A stretch of DNA of 64,000 bases, taken from Minisyncoccota bacterium. Its GTDB lineage: Bacteria > Patescibacteriota > Minisyncoccia > Phycocordibacterales > JABAAK01. The notes under the pieces are model-generated. The model had not been told where the DNA came from. It searched no databases and worked only from the letters and a program-made list of their open reading frames with translations. Shown piece by piece: positions 59,942 through 64,000 of this stretch. The DNA lies in NCBI GenBank assembly GCA_963668425.1, contig OY764332.1, forward strand, positions 105,241-169,240, written 5' to 3'. The position numbers were made by a program, and so were the translations under genes. Position 1 is the stretch's first letter. Every line of letters starts with the position of its first letter.

Positions 59942-61360
59942 TTATAGGGGCAGATACTCTGCTGGGTTTAGTTTTGCGTCTTGAGCGGCAACTGGTACAA
60001 TCAGACCCCGACATCGTGCGTTGCTTGATACCCGCTCGTAAGGGATAATGCGTATACCGTTTGAATCATACACACCAAAATGGAGGTGTGGGCCGGTACT
60101 GAAGCCAGTGTTGCCACTATAGCCAATCAACTCTCCCGCTTTCACTTTTTGTCCAAGCCGTACTTTTATAAGTGACAGGTGGGCGTAGAGTGTTGTGAGA
60201 CCAAATCCATGTTTAATCACAATCCATTTTCCCCATGAATGACAGCTTGACACAATATCGGTATTGCCGGTTCCAATGACAATTCCATCAGCACTGGCAA
60301 ATAATTGTGTTCCCGTTGGCAATCCAAAATCTGTACCGTCGTGGAATGGCCTGCCGTATCGCAATGCATTTGCGATAGCGAATGCTGTTTTGCCGAATTG
60401 CTGCGTGAGTGGTGCCTTAATATTGAACGGCATACGAAGCAACCCTTTTTTCGGTCCTGGTACCGTCTTTGGATCACGTAAATACTCTATACGTGACTCA
60501 TATTCATAAATATCCTGCTGTAATTCCAGTCGTTCCTGCTGCTTTTCTTTCAGCAAATCTTGATACACCGCCTCGTCATTGCGTGTTTGTTTCACTAATA
60601 ACTCCTGTTGCTTAATAGAGAATTCATAAATTTTCTTTCTGTCTGCCAACTCTTTTTGCTGTTGTTCCAATGTTGCCCGCCTCTTGACAACATCTTTTTT
60701 ATTCTGCTGTAATTTCTTTGTTTCATTTTCTAAAAACTCCAAATGCGTATGTAGCGCTTTTGAGTACCGCTCAATCTCTTCTATTCGCTGTAGCACATCA
60801 GAAAATGAGGTGTGCATGAGGAGCAGTGTCTTTCCATGCAATTCAAACTCATTTGCCTGTTGAAAATTCTGTCGCAAGACATTATAGAGCACCTCAAGGT
60901 TTTCTGCGTTGTCAACAATGGAAGTATCCAGTGCTTTCAATTTCAACTGCCCCTGTTGGATACCATCTTCAGTTTTACGTATCTGTGCTTCATTTTTCCT
61001 TTTTGTAAGTGTCAATCCGTTTAATTTACTCTCCAATGAATCTTTCTTCTTATATATTTGACTGAGTTGCATGTTAATGCCCCGAATCTCTTCCTCAGCG
61101 TTGCGAATGCGAGATTCTTTGCTCCCTATCTGGTTGCGCAAACTTGCAATTTCTGAACTCTCACGCAACAAGACAATTTCCCCCTCTTCTGTTTCATCAT
61201 TCTCTATCGGCGTATACACACCAGATGTTGGTGTTGGCGAGGTTATGGTCGCACTACTACTATGCACATAGATTGGCAATACTGTATTGCCAAGAATAAA
61301 AAATGAGCTTACATAAATAAGTAAGTAATATACAATACTGTATCTACACCACGCCTTCAT
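59942..61360 (-). CDS. M23 family metallopeptidase with N-terminal coiled-coil
   Basis: FHDGTDFGLPTGTQLFASADGIV...HLHFGVY matches the LytM/M23 HxxxD...HxH motifs. Start placed at ATG 61360. Confidence 0.8.
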   Translation of the reverse strand: MKAWCRYSIVYYLLIYVSSFFILGNTVLPIYVHSSSATITSPTPTSGVYTPIENDETEEGEIVLLRESSEIASLRNQIGSKESRIRNAEEEIRGINMQLSQIYKKKDSLESKLNGLTLTKRKNEAQIRKTEDGIQQGQLKLKALDTSIVDNAENLEVLYNVLRQNFQQANEFELHGKTLLLMHTSFSDVLQRIEEIERYSKALHTHLEFLENETKKLQQNKKDVVKRRATLEQQQKELADRKKIYEFSIKQQELLVKQTRNDEAVYQDLLKEKQQERLELQQDIYEYESRIEYLRDPKTVPGPKKGLLRMPFNIKAPLTQQFGKTAFAIANALRYGRPFHDGTDFGLPTGTQLFASADGIVIGTGNTDIVSSCHSWGKWIVIKHGFGLTTLYAHLSLIKVRLGQKVKAGELIGYSGNTGFSTGPHLHFGVYDSNGIRIIPYERVSSNARCRGLIVPVAAQDAKLNPAEYLPL

Positions 61361-61362
61361 AA

Positions 61363-62763
61363 TTACTTTAGTATACCCTCTAAGAGTGCACATGCTTTCT
61401 GTACCCGCCGTATTGTCTGTCGCTTACCAATTGCCTGCGCAATTGCAAACGGTCCTGGACTCTTATCCTTTCCGGATAGTGCGATCCGTAATGGCCACAG
61501 AATTATAGATTTTCCTTTCTGCTCAGCGTAATCCCATACCTTTTTTCGTATACACTCTTCATTCCATCCTGTATAAGTGCTCATTTGTTGTAATAGCGTG
61601 TGGGTTCCCCACAGCCCTGACAGCACCTCACGCGCCATATCTTCACGTGCCATGTCGCTCTTTGGTAGTAGCAGTTGCACATCGTACCTTGGCTCTCTAA
61701 AATAAAAATCGTATGCACCGTTGTCAATGAGTAACTGCACCTCTCCAAATGGCATGCCTTTTTCCCGCATAGTATGCAGAACTGTTTTTATTGACCGAGG
61801 CCGCAGTCGTGATCGCATCGGAAACCGTTTTACTAGTGCTGGCACTATCATTTTTCGCAAACGATATTCTGACATTTGCTGTATATGCTTTTTTTGGAAC
61901 CAGAGTAGTTTTTTTTCATTAAATACTGCTTCTTTCTTCTGTATCCCTTCCAGTGTAAAAATGGCAGTCAATTCCTCTAATGAAAAAACCTCGTCGTCGT
62001 GTTTTGGGCTCCACCCCATGAGTGCGATGGCATTTATAATCGCTTCTGGCAGATATCCGCGCTCACGAAATTCTGTTATTGCAGTTGCATCTTTGCGTTT
62101 TGACAACTTACCCCCACCTGGTGAATGAATTAGTGGTATGTGTGTATATGATGGCGGCGTACCACCTAGTGCTTTAAGTAGTAGTATTTGCCTGGGTGTG
62201 TTAATAATATGGTCATCGCCACGCAAAATATGTGTAACTCCCATTTCCATGTCATCTATCACTACCGCAAGATGATATAGCGGATCATCCACTGACCGTG
62301 CTATTACAAAATCTCCCAAATCACTGATATCAACAGTAATATCTCCCCGAACAGTGTCAATGAACGAGACGCTTGGCGAGGTGTTTCTGAAACGCACAAT
62401 TTCCACTTCTTGTGTTGGATCTTTTTTTGATATCTCTTTTGACACATATGCCTTATCCTCTTCTAATAATTGCTGTATGTACTTTTTATATATTGCAGTG
62501 CGGTCTGATTGTCGTACAATTTTATCTGGCTTGAGTGAGAGCCATTGTAGCGCGCTGAGTATATCCTCTTCATACTTCTTTTCACTTCGCTCCTGATCAG
62601 TATCTTCAAATCGTAAAATAAATACTCCTCCGTGCCTCTTTGTAAAAAGATAGTTACATAATGCTGTGCGGGCAGTGCCGATGTGTAGTGCACCGGTCGG
62701 ACTTGGCGCAATGCGTGTTACTGGTACGTGTATATCTACATCATTGTAATTATTATTTTTCAT
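61363..62763 (-). CDS. gltX: glutamyl-tRNA synthetase
   Basis: PSPTGALHIGTARTAL (HIGH), KLSKR (KMSKS), class I catalytic core. Confidence 0.9.
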   Translation of the reverse strand: MKNNNYNDVDIHVPVTRIAPSPTGALHIGTARTALCNYLFTKRHGGVFILRFEDTDQERSEKKYEEDILSALQWLSLKPDKIVRQSDRTAIYKKYIQQLLEEDKAYVSKEISKKDPTQEVEIVRFRNTSPSVSFIDTVRGDITVDISDLGDFVIARSVDDPLYHLAVVIDDMEMGVTHILRGDDHIINTPRQILLLKALGGTPPSYTHIPLIHSPGGGKLSKRKDATAITEFRERGYLPEAIINAIALMGWSPKHDDEVFSLEELTAIFTLEGIQKKEAVFNEKKLLWFQKKHIQQMSEYRLRKMIVPALVKRFPMRSRLRPRSIKTVLHTMREKGMPFGEVQLLIDNGAYDFYFREPRYDVQLLLPKSDMAREDMAREVLSGLWGTHTLLQQMSTYTGWNEECIRKKVWDYAEQKGKSIILWPLRIALSGKDKSPGPFAIAQAIGKRQTIRRVQKACALLEGILK

Positions 62764-63904
62764 GTGATTTCAGTATATCTACTAATAATTTTGCCACTTT
62801 CTCTGATGCATTTGGTGTTGAAAATGCTTTTGCCTTCTGACGCATTTCATCACCCACCTTCTTATTTTGCAGTATATGATTAACTTGCGATACCAGTAAG
62901 TGTGGTGAAAGATTCTGTTCTTCTACTACTACACCACCTGCGGATCGTGCATACGCATACGCATTCTTTTTTTGATCATGCGCTACCTCTTCTCGTATCG
63001 GTATAATAATTGCTGGTATTCCCCATTCTGCAATTTCGTATAAGGTTCCGGACCCGGCTCTGGTAATGATTACATCCGCAACACTATATAGCGCTCGCAT
63101 ATGGTAGGCATTTAAAAACGGTAGCGGATGATAGGTGTGCATATCTGGCAAGGCGTGCAAAAAACTCTCTGCTTCTTTTTTAAGATCAGTAAACATTTTT
63201 TTTCCGGTCTGATGTACCACTTGGTATCTCCGTAACATAATCGGCAATGCGTCTAAAACATTTTCATTCAAAAACTGTGCCCCGCTTGAGCCGCCAAGTA
63301 TCGCTACCGTCTTCATGTCGGGATCAAGCTTCAGTATGGTGTGTGCATCAGGGTTTGGATTGTATCGCAGCTGTCGACGAATTGGTATGCCGATGAGTGC
63401 TGCTTTTTCTTGCTGTTTTTTACTAAGATCATTTTCTGCCTCAGGATATGCAATTGCTATGTGTGTTGCAAATGTAGCAGACCACCGTGATACCCGCCCG
63501 AGCGTTGAATCAGAATCATGAATTACTACTGGAATGCGCAATATTCGTGCGGCAAAGAGTATTGGAAAACTGGCATAACCGCCTTTGCTGAACACAACAT
63601 CTGGGAAAATCACAAATAAGGTAAACAGCGCTTTTAATGCGCCAAAAAAGAGGGAGATGAGGGAGAAAAGGTTTTTTATACGGGATAGTATGTCTTTTGT
63701 CCGTCGCATTTTCCCTGCTGGACAAAATACAAATGTAATACCTGCATTGTATAACGCTTTTTCATCGTAGTGTGTCGGCCCTAGGTAATACTTTTTTGGT
63801 TGCACTAGCTGATTTTCCAGTGCATACCGTTCAATTTCTTCTGCAACCGCAATTAACGGATAAAAATGTCCTCCCGTACCACCCCCCACAAACACTATTT
63901 TCAT
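62753..63904 (-). CDS. murG: UDP-N-acetylglucosamine--N-acetylmuramyl-(pentapeptide) pyrophosphoryl-undecaprenol N-acetylglucosamine transferase
   Basis: MKIVFVGGGTGGHFYP N-terminal G-rich loop and GT28 C-terminal domain. TAAAGTATA lies directly before the ATG. Confidence 0.9.
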   Translation of the reverse strand: MKIVFVGGGTGGHFYPLIAVAEEIERYALENQLVQPKKYYLGPTHYDEKALYNAGITFVFCPAGKMRRTKDILSRIKNLFSLISLFFGALKALFTLFVIFPDVVFSKGGYASFPILFAARILRIPVVIHDSDSTLGRVSRWSATFATHIAIAYPEAENDLSKKQQEKAALIGIPIRRQLRYNPNPDAHTILKLDPDMKTVAILGGSSGAQFLNENVLDALPIMLRRYQVVHQTGKKMFTDLKKEAESFLHALPDMHTYHPLPFLNAYHMRALYSVADVIITRAGSGTLYEIAEWGIPAIIIPIREEVAHDQKKNAYAYARSAGGVVVEEQNLSPHLLVSQVNHILQNKKVGDEMRQKAKAFSTPNASEKVAKLLVDILKSHEK

Positions 63905-64000
63905 ATACTTTAGTGTACCACCACATTACTACTGCACAATTTGCTATATAGTTCTGTTGATGCTGGCTCCAGAAAAAGTGTGCGCAACTTGGATGCCTAA

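Noticed and set aside
59625-60014. Minus-strand 129-aa ORF upstream of the 16S
   Set aside because: AT-rich 16S leader/promoter region. Cys-rich low-complexity translation. Overlaps the 3' end of the M23 peptidase gene frame.

Overview
This 64-kb window has low GC and few or no Shine-Dalgarno sites. Its 16S rRNA is divergent in the decoding region and is not followed by a 23S gene. It carries type IV pilins and VirB2/TrbC-like small membrane proteins. By inference it comes from a small-genome, CPR/Patescibacteria-like bacterium. The first 35 kb are mostly housekeeping genes. On the minus strand: a paralogous small-membrane-protein cluster, an SBP-like gene, gyrA, pth, rpoD. On the plus strand: rpsA, lepB, a HisRS-like gene, rpsU, ybeY, ftsA, ftsZ, trxB, tRNA-Thr, secG, a family-5 SBP and two tandem RNase J paralogs. 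A standalone ~390-nt non-coding transcript with its own promoter and terminator may be rnpB. From about 29.7 kb onwards the region is mosaic accessory DNA. It holds tandem type IV pilin paralogs with identical N-termini, duplicated membrane-protein modules and a DUF4145 gene. A 7.2-kb minus-strand gene block (36.45-43.23 kb) is bounded by about 95-bp identical direct repeats. That block carries an OLD-family ABC ATPase with a coiled-coil membrane partner, a PIN-like protein coupled to a 401-aa protein, an AlbA_2 protein and small ORFs. After it comes a Dam-type restriction-modification pair. A 6.8-kb segment bounded by an 85-bp inverted-repeat pair holds a wHTH/unknown/DUF4145 three-gene operon next to dnaJ, dnaK and a DUF3800 gene. 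Next are a Doc/Fic toxin-antitoxin pair and a Panacea-domain toxin-antitoxin pair. The window ends with the 16S rRNA and, on the minus strand, an M23 peptidase, gltX and murG. Recurrent promoter-like motifs such as CTTGGTRTATAAT and a 38-bp element lie in front of several island genes. Many genes appear leaderless, with a -10 box 7-12 nt before the ATG. No integrase, transposase, CRISPR array or reverse transcriptase was seen.
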